This document shows, in pieces, positions 18,307 to 27,291 of a DNA stretch of 33,737 nucleotides. The DNA is from a virus. Lineage: Duplodnaviria; Caudoviricetes. The notes beneath the pieces were generated by a model, which searched no databases, was not told the origin of the DNA, and saw only the letters and a program-made list of their open reading frames with translations. The position numbers were made by a program, and so were the translations under genes. Each line of letters begins with the position of its first letter. Position 1 is the stretch's first letter. The stretch lies in IMG/VR virus record IMGVR_UViG_3300029318_000047, positions 1 to 33,737 of that record, one strand, 5' to 3'.

Positions 18307-19256
18307 TACTGAGGATCTCCAAATGGGTTAGATTCTGTAAAGTCAAGGAAATCTGCCTCGTTATTATCAAATATTTCAGACTGTTCATTTTCATCAATTT
18401 TCTGAACTTCGTTGCCACTTGCAATTGAAACTCTTGAGAAGTTGCCATCAGAATCTTCTGTTGATCCAACTACAACTCTATCTACTACTACTGTTTCTAC
18501 ATCTTGCCATGTACCATCAGAAGATCCGACGTGAACTAGACTTAAGATATTATCAGAATCATCCCAACATGTAACTTCACCTGATAATGTAACACCGCTT
18601 GCAAGTGCAATGGTAACATTTTCACCTACACAGAATCCTGCACCATCGCTGTCAAGTCTTAAGTCATAAGTAAAGGCATAGTCTTTTTCAACGTTATCAA
18701 CACCAGGAATTCCAGTATCAAAGTCTTCATTGTTATATTCAAATAGTTCGCAACGTAATTTATACGTAGGCAAGTTTCCTAATTGATAAAAAGGAATTTC
18801 ATGTTCTACGTGATTAATTTGAAATAGTTTACATGCCATTGGTAGCCAGATTAGATCGCCTTCTCTTGGTCTAACTGGACACTCGCATGAGCAACTTTTA
18901 TCAGGATCATCTTCACTATATTTTTTATCACCCATAACTGCAGGCAAAGATTTTACAGTGTGTTTCCAACGTCTTCTAGCTACAACAAATGTAGCGGCAT
19001 CTCTTATCTCAACACCAAACTTGGTGAAGATATCACCTTCTCCTCCAAAACCATCTATGTCATCAATGTACATTTCAACACGATACGCACAAGAAAAACG
19101 AGATGGAACATCTTCGTTTAAAATTAAATCATAGTTAATGGTTTCTCTTGGTATGTAATATACGTCTTGTCCGTATATCTTAACAGACTCTATGATAATA
19201 TCTTCATAGAGATCTTGTTGTCCTTTTGTGTTCATAAAATATGGGTTAATAGCCAT
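18306..19256 (-). CDS. gp14: Neck / head-closure protein (T4 gp14) with a Cys-rich insertion and an extra C-terminal domain
   Basis: NPYF, ES..IYGQDVYY.PR, GF.G.GD...KFG.EIRD, RP.EGDLI, EHE.PFYQLG, LDF.E.NPFG. Confidence 0.95.
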   Translation of the reverse strand: MAINPYFMNTKGQQDLYEDIIIESVKIYGQDVYYIPRETINYDLILNEDVPSRFSCAYRVEMYIDDIDGFGGEGDIFTKFGVEIRDAATFVVARRRWKHTVKSLPAVMGDKKYSEDDPDKSCSCECPVRPREGDLIWLPMACKLFQINHVEHEIPFYQLGNLPTYKLRCELFEYNNEDFDTGIPGVDNVEKDYAFTYDLRLDSDGAGFCVGENVTIALASGVTLSGEVTCWDDSDNILSLVHVGSSDGTWQDVETVVVDRVVVGSTEDSDGNFSRVSIASGNEVQKIDENEQSEIFDNNEADFLDFTESNPFGDPQ

Positions 19257-19259
19257 AAC

Positions 19260-20015
19260 TTACCCCACAAAAAAGTCTACAGGTAACTCTTGCTCAAGTC
19301 TTAATTTTTCTTCAAGTCTTTCTATATCCTGTAAAGCGTCTTCATATATTTGTCTTCCGTTTAATACCACGCCCCCCGGAAGTTGCATGCCTTCAAACTT
19401 AATTAGATTTGAACCCCATTGTCTTTTAATTAATGCTGTAGTATAAGATTTCAACCACATGTCATCAAATATAGTTGTGTAAGTAGTAGGGTTTACAATT
19501 TGTCTGACTTCTGCTATAATATAATCACCTTCCTTGATATCATTATCTTGGAAGTCTCCGTGAATATATAGCCGCCCTTGTCTTCGCGCAAAATTTACTT
19601 GAGGTGTACCATTCAACTTCATGTCTAGCAACGAAAGATACTGCTGCATTTGCTCATAGTAAGCTAAATCACCTGCAAAGTTTTGCAGATCAGCTATATC
19701 ATTCAATGCTAGTTGATATTTAATATCAAAAAAGTTCATTGAGTTATTAAAGTGTGAAGAAATTGGAAGCAACTTTTGTACAAAAATAACCTCACTAGAG
19801 ATAGGAATGTACTCATTTGAAACATCAGTGGCTGTTACCAGATGCTTTAAATACGTTTTAAAAGTTGCGTCTGAATGAAACTCTTGATACACTTCTAGTG
19901 CTTCGTCAAGACGATCCTCTAGTTGATCTGGATCAACGTTTATTTCAATTACAGGATCACCTAATCTACGAAGGCAATATTCTATTATAGTATCACGTGA
20001 TGACGGAGCGGCCAT
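19260..20015 (-). CDS. gp13: Neck / head-tail adaptor protein (T4 gp13)
   Basis: YCLRRLG.PVIEINVD..Q.EDR.DEAL, WLK.Y.TALIK.QWG.NL.KF.G..LPGG..LNG. Confidence 0.97.
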   Translation of the reverse strand: MAAPSSRDTIIEYCLRRLGDPVIEINVDPDQLEDRLDEALEVYQEFHSDATFKTYLKHLVTATDVSNEYIPISSEVIFVQKLLPISSHFNNSMNFFDIKYQLALNDIADLQNFAGDLAYYEQMQQYLSLLDMKLNGTPQVNFARRQGRLYIHGDFQDNDIKEGDYIIAEVRQIVNPTTYTTIFDDMWLKSYTTALIKRQWGSNLIKFEGMQLPGGVVLNGRQIYEDALQDIERLEEKLRLEQELPVDFFVG

Positions 20016-20029
20016 ATTACAATTCCCAT

Positions 20030-20092
20030 GTCTTATTTTATACTATTTATAAAAATAAGACTTAGGAAACTCCTAACTAAGAATTCTTAGTT
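20030..20092. repeat. Three adjacent inverted repeats
   Basis: GTCTTATTTT/AAAATAAGAC (20030-20039/20052-20061); TTAGGA/TCCTAA (20062-20076); perfect 18-bp palindrome AACTAAGAATTCTTAGTT (20075-20092). Confidence 0.85.
20044..20051 (-). promoter_or_regulatory. T4 late promoter TATAAATA for gp13-gp17
   Basis: Exact consensus; lies in the loop of a 10-bp inverted repeat. Confidence 0.9.
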
Positions 20093-20379
20093 GTGAATTC
20101 GTCGTACCACGTGTTCAAATCAGGTGCTGACCAGTCTCCCAATGTCGCACTATCCCAACTCGCAGGTTTAGTCATGTGACCTGCAGCAGTTCCACGAGCT
20201 ACAAATTGCTCTTTAGTTAATGTTAGAACTGTGTCTGGAATGTAGAACTCTCCATAGTTAGCCCATCCTACGTACGTATGATCTGAATCGCTATACCAAT
20301 GCCCTCGGTCTTCTACGAATCCTGGCACGGCACGACGGCCCTGTTCATTTATGTACATTTTATATTCGATAACAGCCAT
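20077..20379 (-). CDS. Hypothetical protein (100 aa), aromatic-rich
   Basis: Starts 1 nt after the upstream gene's stop, with a GAGGA RBS; no family recognised. Confidence 0.75.
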   Translation of the reverse strand: MAVIEYKMYINEQGRRAVPGFVEDRGHWYSDSDHTYVGWANYGEFYIPDTVLTLTKEQFVARGTAAGHMTKPASWDSATLGDWSAPDLNTWYDEFTTKNS

Positions 20380-20380
20380 T

Positions 20381-21259
20381 TTATTCCTCTTCTGTTTCTT
20401 CTTTTGGTTTTTCTAGTCTATTCATATAATCGACATTAAATATATCTGTCTTACCATAAATGCGTTCAGTTGTCGCATCTGCATTCTTATAATATTTATC
20501 TGCTAAGCTATCTAAAAATTCTTCTAAATGATTAGAATGTAGAATTTTATGATTAGCAATATCTTGATTCACTCTATTAATATAAGCAGATACTTCCTGC
20601 AATCCAATCTGTGGATGAATGCCATACTGCTGCATGTATTCTATTGTAGCAGTAGATGCTCTTCCACCATCCATCAAATTACGATACATCAATTCGAAAC
20701 CTCGGCGAACGTGGTGCCGTTTTTCTTCTCTTTCATAACTTTCTTCATCCCATTCATCAATATTATTTTTAGCTTTAATAGCTTCATATGTATCAATCAA
20801 TGTAGCGATGTCTTTAAAAGACCCGTTAATTTTACTTTCCATACTTGTAATAGAAACAAAAGATAATCTTAACTTTGCTTCTAAAATTTCATCGCCAGGA
20901 TTTTCTGCAAGTCTTTCCTGTAATTTTTCAATTTCCTTTAGCTTCTTAGCGTGATTTACTTGAGCTTCAGCTAGAGCCATCTTTCTTTTTTCAGCTTCTG
21001 CCATACACTGCCGCATCATTCTAAAAGGTGAATGACCATTTAGCATTGTTATTGACATCATAGACAAAGTAGTCTGAGAATTATTACGATCAAAAGATCG
21101 AGTTTTTTCATCAAACTCAGGTAAACCCTGATTCACTTTTGCTACTGCGTTTTGGTTTATTACACCTTTAGTTACAGTAGGCATACTAAACGTTACCTTG
21201 TCTCCAATCACAATGGAGTTAGGTTTTTCATTGTTTAATTTTGTAATTTCTTCACTCAT
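20381..21259 (-). CDS. Hypothetical alpha-helical / coiled-coil protein (about 292 aa)
   Basis: Long ORF, AAGGA RBS before ATG 21259, central coiled coil; no family recognised. Confidence 0.8.
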   Translation of the reverse strand: MSEEITKLNNEKPNSIVIGDKVTFSMPTVTKGVINQNAVAKVNQGLPEFDEKTRSFDRNNSQTTLSMMSITMLNGHSPFRMMRQCMAEAEKRKMALAEAQVNHAKKLKEIEKLQERLAENPGDEILEAKLRLSFVSITSMESKINGSFKDIATLIDTYEAIKAKNNIDEWDEESYEREEKRHHVRRGFELMYRNLMDGGRASTATIEYMQQYGIHPQIGLQEVSAYINRVNQDIANHKILHSNHLEEFLDSLADKYYKNADATTERIYGKTDIFNVDYMNRLEKPKEETEEE

Positions 21260-21305
21260 TATCAATCAATCCTTAAGTTAATGATATAGTTTATATATAA
21301 AATCT

Positions 21306-22886
21306 TTATGCCGCTGTTCCTGATGTACCAGTTGCACTTTCGGTTGTTCCTAGCAAATCACCAAAGTCTGCCGCGTTTCCTGGTGTAGCAACAGTAACAT
21401 AATCTATTACATTCAACGTTACATTTGAACCAGTGTTCGTAGAACCACCTGAAAACGTAGCGCGAGTTCCATTTGCATTACCTGCACAATTATCTTTAAA
21501 CCTAGTTAAATCTCCAAAATCAGATGCATTTCCGGTGGTTGCAACAGTGACATAATCTATGTTTTCAGTCCAACCATTTAACTCAGAACTACCTGCTCTT
21601 CTACCACCTGCAAATAGAGCGTAAGTGGCATCCCCTGCTCCAGCTGCTCTATTCCAAGAATCTGTCATATCTCCAAAGTCTGTCGCGTTTCCTGCACTTG
21701 CTATGGTTATATAATCCATTACGTTTGAGTTAGATGCTCCAGCCGGATCACCTCCAGCAAATACTCCTCTTGTGGCATTGTTCCAACCTGCAATTAAAGA
21801 TCTTCCTACAGTTAAATTGCCAAAATCACTGGCATTGCCGGTGCTAGCAATAGCAAAACTATCTATAGTGTCTAATTGGAAACTAGTTCCTTGTAATGCA
21901 CCACCTGCAAAAACACCTGTAGTTCCGTCTGAAATACCAGCAAGGCTTGATCTTGACTGGCTTAGATCGCCAAAGTCTTGAGCATTACCTGTAGTAGCAG
22001 TCGTTACGTAATCCATTGTGTTATAGTAACTTGTACTACCATTAAAACCTCCACCTATTACAGCTCTAGTCCCGCTTGACAGACCTCCTAATCTTGTTCT
22101 AGATAGTGTAAGATCACCGAAGTCTGTGGCATTTCCTGTAGAAGTAATATCATAATATTGAATTACATTTGATCCAGTGCTTCCTCCACCTGCAACTAAA
22201 CCTCTATCTCCACCCCAAGAAAAAGAGCTACCGCTTGAGCCAGAGGAGCCAAGAGACCATTTTGATATTAATAAAGTTGCTCCTGAATCAGCTGGTTCTG
22301 ATAAAACAACTGAAGTTCCAGTCGACGCCGTGTATTCAACTGTGTCATCAAGTAAGATACCGTTATAGAAAACTAGCACCCCGTCGGCAGTGTAAGAAAG
22401 AATTTCTCCATTTACATCTGAATCTTCAAATGTAGTTTGATTTGCTGTTGCTGTGTACTGAAAAGTATCGAAACCTGATCCCGTTGATGCTCTTGCAGCT
22501 ACATATGAAGAGTCTACTAGATTAGTTACGGTAGCAGAATCTAATCCAGCAGTAACTTTTGTTGAAAGATACGCTGAATCAATTAAGTTAATTGCTTGAG
22601 AAGAGTCTAAACCTGTTGATGAGGTTCTAGCTTGTACATAAGATGAGTCAACTAACTGAGTTATTAGTGCTGAGTCTAAACCAACATCAACTTGTCTGGC
22701 TTGTATATAAGATGAGTCAATTAATCCAATCGCTGCAGATGAATCTAGCGTCGTAGGCCGATTGGCTATTTCTGAATATTGTATTTCTCTAAATAAGCCG
22801 CCAGAATCATCGATAGTGAGAAACTCAGTAGTTTGACCACTATCAATAGCTGAGCCTAGATTTGCTAGCTTTCTACTTAAACCCAT
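21306..22886 (-). CDS. Putative virion fibre/adhesin, class A (anchor, DS stalk repeats, beta domain, 6-repeat Kelch-like propeller)
   Basis: MGLSRKLANLG anchor, four LDSx(6-7)DS[AS]Y..AR-type repeats, YTATA.QT.F...VFYNG..L...YTA domain, six GG...IDY.TIA.TGNA.DFGDL repeats. Confidence 0.75.
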   Translation of the reverse strand: MGLSRKLANLGSAIDSGQTTEFLTIDDSGGLFREIQYSEIANRPTTLDSSAAIGLIDSSYIQARQVDVGLDSALITQLVDSSYVQARTSSTGLDSSQAINLIDSAYLSTKVTAGLDSATVTNLVDSSYVAARASTGSGFDTFQYTATANQTTFEDSDVNGEILSYTADGVLVFYNGILLDDTVEYTASTGTSVVLSEPADSGATLLISKWSLGSSGSSGSSFSWGGDRGLVAGGGSTGSNVIQYYDITSTGNATDFGDLTLSRTRLGGLSSGTRAVIGGGFNGSTSYYNTMDYVTTATTGNAQDFGDLSQSRSSLAGISDGTTGVFAGGALQGTSFQLDTIDSFAIASTGNASDFGNLTVGRSLIAGWNNATRGVFAGGDPAGASNSNVMDYITIASAGNATDFGDMTDSWNRAAGAGDATYALFAGGRRAGSSELNGWTENIDYVTVATTGNASDFGDLTRFKDNCAGNANGTRATFSGGSTNTGSNVTLNVIDYVTVATPGNAADFGDLLGTTESATGTSGTAA

Positions 22887-22909
22887 TTCTTATTCCTCTT
22901 TATCCTATC

Positions 22910-24469
22910 TTATGCAGTCCCTGAAGCACCAACACCTTGATCTGTACCTACCCCAGTTAATAAGTCAGCAAAACTTGTTGCGTTTCCTGTAGTAGCAATA
23001 GTAACTTGTGTTATATCGGTAGCACCGTTACCACCCATAAAGAAACCTGTTGTTCCATCACTAGTAGATTGCATATCACCTCTCGCATTAGCTAAATCGC
23101 CGAAGTCTGTAGCATTTCCTGGTGATGCAATTGTTATATAATCAATAATATTACTTGGGCTTCCATAACCACCAGCAAATAATCCCCTAGTTGTGTTTCC
23201 TATGACGCCGTGATTACCAGCATATCTGGCTAATGTTAAGTCACCAAAGTCCGAAGCGTTCCCGGTAGTTGCAATTGTTACATAGTCTAGTGTATCTCTC
23301 GCCGCGTTACTACCTGTGCTATAATCTTCACCTAATCCAATTACGGCATATGTAGCGTCTGAAGCAGTACTTACATAGTCCTGTGCTACTGTACGATCGC
23401 CAAAGTCCGTGGCGTTTCCTGTGGTTGCATATGTTACATAATCAATTATATTAGTTTCAGATCCACCACCGGAACCAAGGTTACCACCACAAGTTAAGTG
23501 TCTAGTTGTACTACCAGCACATCCTGGTGTGTATCTCTGAAAAGTTAAGTCACCAAAGTCTGATGCGTTTCCTGTAGTTGCAGTTTCAAAATAATCCATA
23601 CTAGCTACTGTAGTAGTACTGTGGATACCACCACCTGTAACAACTCTAGTTCCACTAGATGCGGCGCCAAAGTAGTAATTAGCAGCTGTCAAGTCACCAA
23701 AATCAACTGCGTCAGATGCTGAAGTTGTAGTGAAGTACTGAATAGTGTTATAGGACGGTGAACCACTTTTTCCACCTAGGTTTAAACCTCTAGTTCCGTA
23801 GAATAGAACTCCGCTTCCACCACTACTTGTTGAAATTGTCCATGTTGAAATATTTACTGAAACTCCTGAATCTGCACCTTCGGTGAGAGTCACTGTGTTA
23901 TTGTTAGCTGTTGTAAAATCTGTTGTTTTTTCTAAGGCAACACCATTATAGAAAACTAGTAGTCCGTCTGTTGAATAGTATAAGACTTCTCCATTTACAT
24001 CTGAGTCTTTAAACTCAGTTTGTCCAGCTGTAGCAGTGTACCTATAATTTTTAAAACCTGAGTTAGCTGTTACTCTACCACCTACATAATCTGAGTCAAC
24101 TATACCAGTAACTCCAGCTGAGTCTAATCCTGCCGCTACTCTAGCTGAAACATACGCTGAATCAACTATACCAGTAATTGCTGCTGAATCTAAACCAACT
24201 TCACCTTGCCTTGCTGCAACGTATGATGAATCTATTAAGCTAGTTATTAGTGCTGAGTCTAGACCAACGTCAACTTGCCTCGCTTGAACATATGCCGAGT
24301 CAACTATGGCACTGGCTGCAGCCGAGTCAATTGTAGTAGGTGTACCCGATATTTCCGTCCATTGGACACCTCTAAATAAACCACCGGAATCATCAATGGT
24401 GAGAAATTCACCTGACGTTCCGCTGTCTAAAGATTTCCCTAAATTTGCAAATTTTCTACTTAAACCCAT
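22910..24469 (-). CDS. Putative virion fibre/adhesin, class A
   Basis: Same architecture as 21306-22886; shares an identical 25 nt across the start codon. Confidence 0.75.
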   Translation of the reverse strand: MGLSRKFANLGKSLDSGTSGEFLTIDDSGGLFRGVQWTEISGTPTTIDSAAASAIVDSAYVQARQVDVGLDSALITSLIDSSYVAARQGEVGLDSAAITGIVDSAYVSARVAAGLDSAGVTGIVDSDYVGGRVTANSGFKNYRYTATAGQTEFKDSDVNGEVLYYSTDGLLVFYNGVALEKTTDFTTANNNTVTLTEGADSGVSVNISTWTISTSSGGSGVLFYGTRGLNLGGKSGSPSYNTIQYFTTTSASDAVDFGDLTAANYYFGAASSGTRVVTGGGIHSTTTVASMDYFETATTGNASDFGDLTFQRYTPGCAGSTTRHLTCGGNLGSGGGSETNIIDYVTYATTGNATDFGDRTVAQDYVSTASDATYAVIGLGEDYSTGSNAARDTLDYVTIATTGNASDFGDLTLARYAGNHGVIGNTTRGLFAGGYGSPSNIIDYITIASPGNATDFGDLANARGDMQSTSDGTTGFFMGGNGATDITQVTIATTGNATSFADLLTGVGTDQGVGASGTA

Positions 24470-24491
24470 TTCTTATTTCCTTTGAACTTTA

Positions 24492-26057
24492 CTATGCCGC
24501 ATTTCCTGAAGTTGCGCCAGAACTATACACTGCTTCAGTTAAATCTCCATAATCTGATGCATTTCCTAGAGTAGCCATTGTTACTTGTTGTATTATGTCT
24601 ATATCACCAGGATTGTAACCCCCAACAAACTGAGCTTTGGTTGAATTACAACAAGCGGAAGCATAGGCGTGATTTCCTAATAGGTCTCCGAAATCTGACG
24701 AGTTTCCTGTTGTTGAAACAGGAAAATATTGAATAACATTGTGATAGCTACCACTGGCCAGGCCACCAAACACTATAGCTCGATCTCCAGATCCTGTTCC
24801 TGTAGCTCCGTGGTTACTAAGAGGAGTTAGAAGGTCGCCAAAGTCTTGCGCATTTCCTGTAGTATCGCCAGTAACATAATCCATAGTGTTGGAATAACCG
24901 CCTGCCTGACCACCGTTAAAAACTATTCTCGACCCGTTAGATGCTGCCGAAAGACGCTCTCTAGCTACTGTTAAATCACCAAAGTCAATAGTGTTTCCTG
25001 TGGTTGCTATTGTGGCATACTCTATGGTATTATCATTACTGCTTCCGTCAGTGCCACCTCCATGAATAGCTCTTGTTCCATTGCTTTCACATGCTGCTCG
25101 GTTTCTCGCGGAAAGCATGTCACCAAAATCCGTGGCATTGCCGGTAGAGGCTATTGTAACATAATCTATTATATCTGATCCGCTAGCAAAGGGGGAAGAT
25201 GATTGACCACCAAATGAAAGAGCTCTAGATGCATTAGAACAAGAAGCAATATAACTTCTTTTTCGAGTTAGATCGCCGAAGTCTACAGCGTTTCCTGTAG
25301 AGGAGGCTATGTTCCAGTAATCTATTACATTTGAATGATCAACGCCTGTATCATAACCACCAAATCTAAGACCACGATCACCATAATAATTAGCTGAAGA
25401 GCTTCCTGAAGATCCAAGAGACCATTGTCCAATTGTTAAACTTGAACCAGAATCTGCACCAGTTGTTAATACTACACTCGTTCCAGTAGATGCTGTGTAA
25501 TCAACTGTCTCATTTAGCTGAATACCGTTTAACCATACAATTACTCCATTTTCAGTGTATGATAAAACTGATCCATCATAATCACTTCCAGAAAATGTAG
25601 TTTGTCCATCAGTAGCAAAGTATAGATTAGTTTGAAATCCAGAGCCAGGTGATGCTCTTCCAGCTACATATGAAGAGTCTACTAGATTAGTTACACTAGA
25701 GGAGTCTAGTCCACCTCCACCTCTGGATGATAAGTAAGCTGAATCAATTATATTAATTATACTAGCAGAGTCTAAACCAGTTACTGATGCTCTAGCTTGT
25801 ACGTAAGATGAATCGACTAATTGAGTTATAAGAGCTGAGTCTAGGCCAACGTCTGTTTGTCTGGCTTGTATATATGCAGAATCTACAAGAGCACTAGCTT
25901 TTGATGAATCTAGTGTTGTAGGCCGTGATAAAATTTCACTGTACTGTAATTCTCTAAATAGACCACCAGAGTCGTCAACAGTTAAAAACTCACCTATAGC
26001 TCCGCTGTCAATAGCTGAGCCTAAGTTAGCTAAATTTCTGTTTGATGGAGTGGCCAT
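24492..26057 (-). CDS. Putative virion fibre/adhesin, class A
   Basis: NRNLANLGSAIDSG anchor, four stalk repeats, beta domain, six propeller repeats. Confidence 0.75.
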   Translation of the reverse strand: MATPSNRNLANLGSAIDSGAIGEFLTVDDSGGLFRELQYSEILSRPTTLDSSKASALVDSAYIQARQTDVGLDSALITQLVDSSYVQARASVTGLDSASIINIIDSAYLSSRGGGGLDSSSVTNLVDSSYVAGRASPGSGFQTNLYFATDGQTTFSGSDYDGSVLSYTENGVIVWLNGIQLNETVDYTASTGTSVVLTTGADSGSSLTIGQWSLGSSGSSSANYYGDRGLRFGGYDTGVDHSNVIDYWNIASSTGNAVDFGDLTRKRSYIASCSNASRALSFGGQSSSPFASGSDIIDYVTIASTGNATDFGDMLSARNRAACESNGTRAIHGGGTDGSSNDNTIEYATIATTGNTIDFGDLTVARERLSAASNGSRIVFNGGQAGGYSNTMDYVTGDTTGNAQDFGDLLTPLSNHGATGTGSGDRAIVFGGLASGSYHNVIQYFPVSTTGNSSDFGDLLGNHAYASACCNSTKAQFVGGYNPGDIDIIQQVTMATLGNASDYGDLTEAVYSSGATSGNAA

Positions 26058-26079
26058 TACTAGTCCTTAACGTTTATTC

Positions 26080-26087
26080 TATTTATA
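26080..26087 (-). promoter_or_regulatory. T4 late promoter TATAAATA for three class A genes
   Basis: Exact consensus, 23 nt before ATG 26057. Confidence 0.9.
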
Positions 26088-26091
26088 ATTA

Positions 26092-27270
26092 CTATGCTGC
26101 ATATCCTGATTTTGGTTTGGCATGATTGGCGCCAGATGTCATATCTCCAAAGTCTGTGGCGTTTCCTGTAGTTGCTATTGTTACGTAATCAATTCTGCTC
26201 GATCTAGATGATCCATTGTAACCACCTACAAAACATCCCTTAGTTCCATCAGTACAAGCACCTGTTGTCCTAGCTTCCCATAAAGAACCAAAACTTGATG
26301 CGTTTCCAGTAGTTTGAGTTGTTACATAATCTATAGTGCTTACAGCATTAGATACATATCCTCCACCCCAAATGGAATAAGTATCATCTGCAGTGCCATC
26401 AACATATCTTCTTGCTTGCGTTAATGTTCCAAAAGTTGCTCCATCAGCTAATACTGGCATAGCTATATACTGTATGTTACTTGTATTATAGCCGTTATTC
26501 TCTCCTCCACCTTGTATCATACGTGTAGTATCACCTGCTGCGCCAGCACCGTACTGCTGGCCGTGGGTGTTTACATCAGCGTTTCCATAACCGGTCGCAG
26601 TGGCATTACCTTCAGTTGCTATAGTGATCACGTCTACTCGGTTCATATAGCTAGGTTGTTGAGCAAAATAACCATATGTTCCGTTATGCCACGCCGCAAA
26701 ATTAGAATAATTTTGATCATATTCGCCAAAAGAAGTGGCGTTTCCTGTAGTAGCTGAAGCTACAAATTGCAATCGTCTAGTAGCCGTACTAGAATAAACC
26801 TGGTGAACTACTCTAGTTGCATTACTGCAAGTTGACCCTGGAGTATCTCCTGACTGTTCCAGCATATCACCGAAGTCAGTACAAGTAAAACTCGATGAGG
26901 CTGAAATATCAAAATATTCTATAACATTTGAGTTGTTATAACCATTACCACTACCAACTGTAGCAGCATTATATATTATTCCTCTTGTCCCATATATGGC
27001 TCCTCCACCTGCGCCAGCACCTGATGAATCTGATATACCTACGTTGTACCAACCTGAACCTGGCTCGCTTCCACCACTTGGTCCACTAAACCATTGTAAA
27101 ATATTATTAGTGTTATCAAAGAACCAATCGCCTCTGGTTGCAGTTGAAGAATCAGGTACACCACCGGCAGAGTCCACTGTAAAGTTAATTGCAATGCCGG
27201 CACCTTGAGATTTTACATCTTGCTCAAAGTCTACTATTCCAGTTATCTTATTTACTTTTAATGTCGACAT
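26092..27270 (-). CDS. Putative virion fibre/adhesin, class B (short MSTLKVNKI-type N-terminus, W.F/Y linker, 6-repeat propeller)
   Basis: No class A anchor or stalk; RGDWFFD.T...LQWF linker, Gly hinge, six more divergent propeller repeats. Confidence 0.72.
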   Translation of the reverse strand: MSTLKVNKITGIVDFEQDVKSQGAGIAINFTVDSAGGVPDSSTATRGDWFFDNTNNILQWFSGPSGGSEPGSGWYNVGISDSSGAGAGGGAIYGTRGIIYNAATVGSGNGYNNSNVIEYFDISASSSFTCTDFGDMLEQSGDTPGSTCSNATRVVHQVYSSTATRRLQFVASATTGNATSFGEYDQNYSNFAAWHNGTYGYFAQQPSYMNRVDVITIATEGNATATGYGNADVNTHGQQYGAGAAGDTTRMIQGGGENNGYNTSNIQYIAMPVLADGATFGTLTQARRYVDGTADDTYSIWGGGYVSNAVSTIDYVTTQTTGNASSFGSLWEARTTGACTDGTKGCFVGGYNGSSRSSRIDYVTIATTGNATDFGDMTSGANHAKPKSGYAA

Positions 27271-27291
27271 ATTACATTAGTCCTTATAAAT

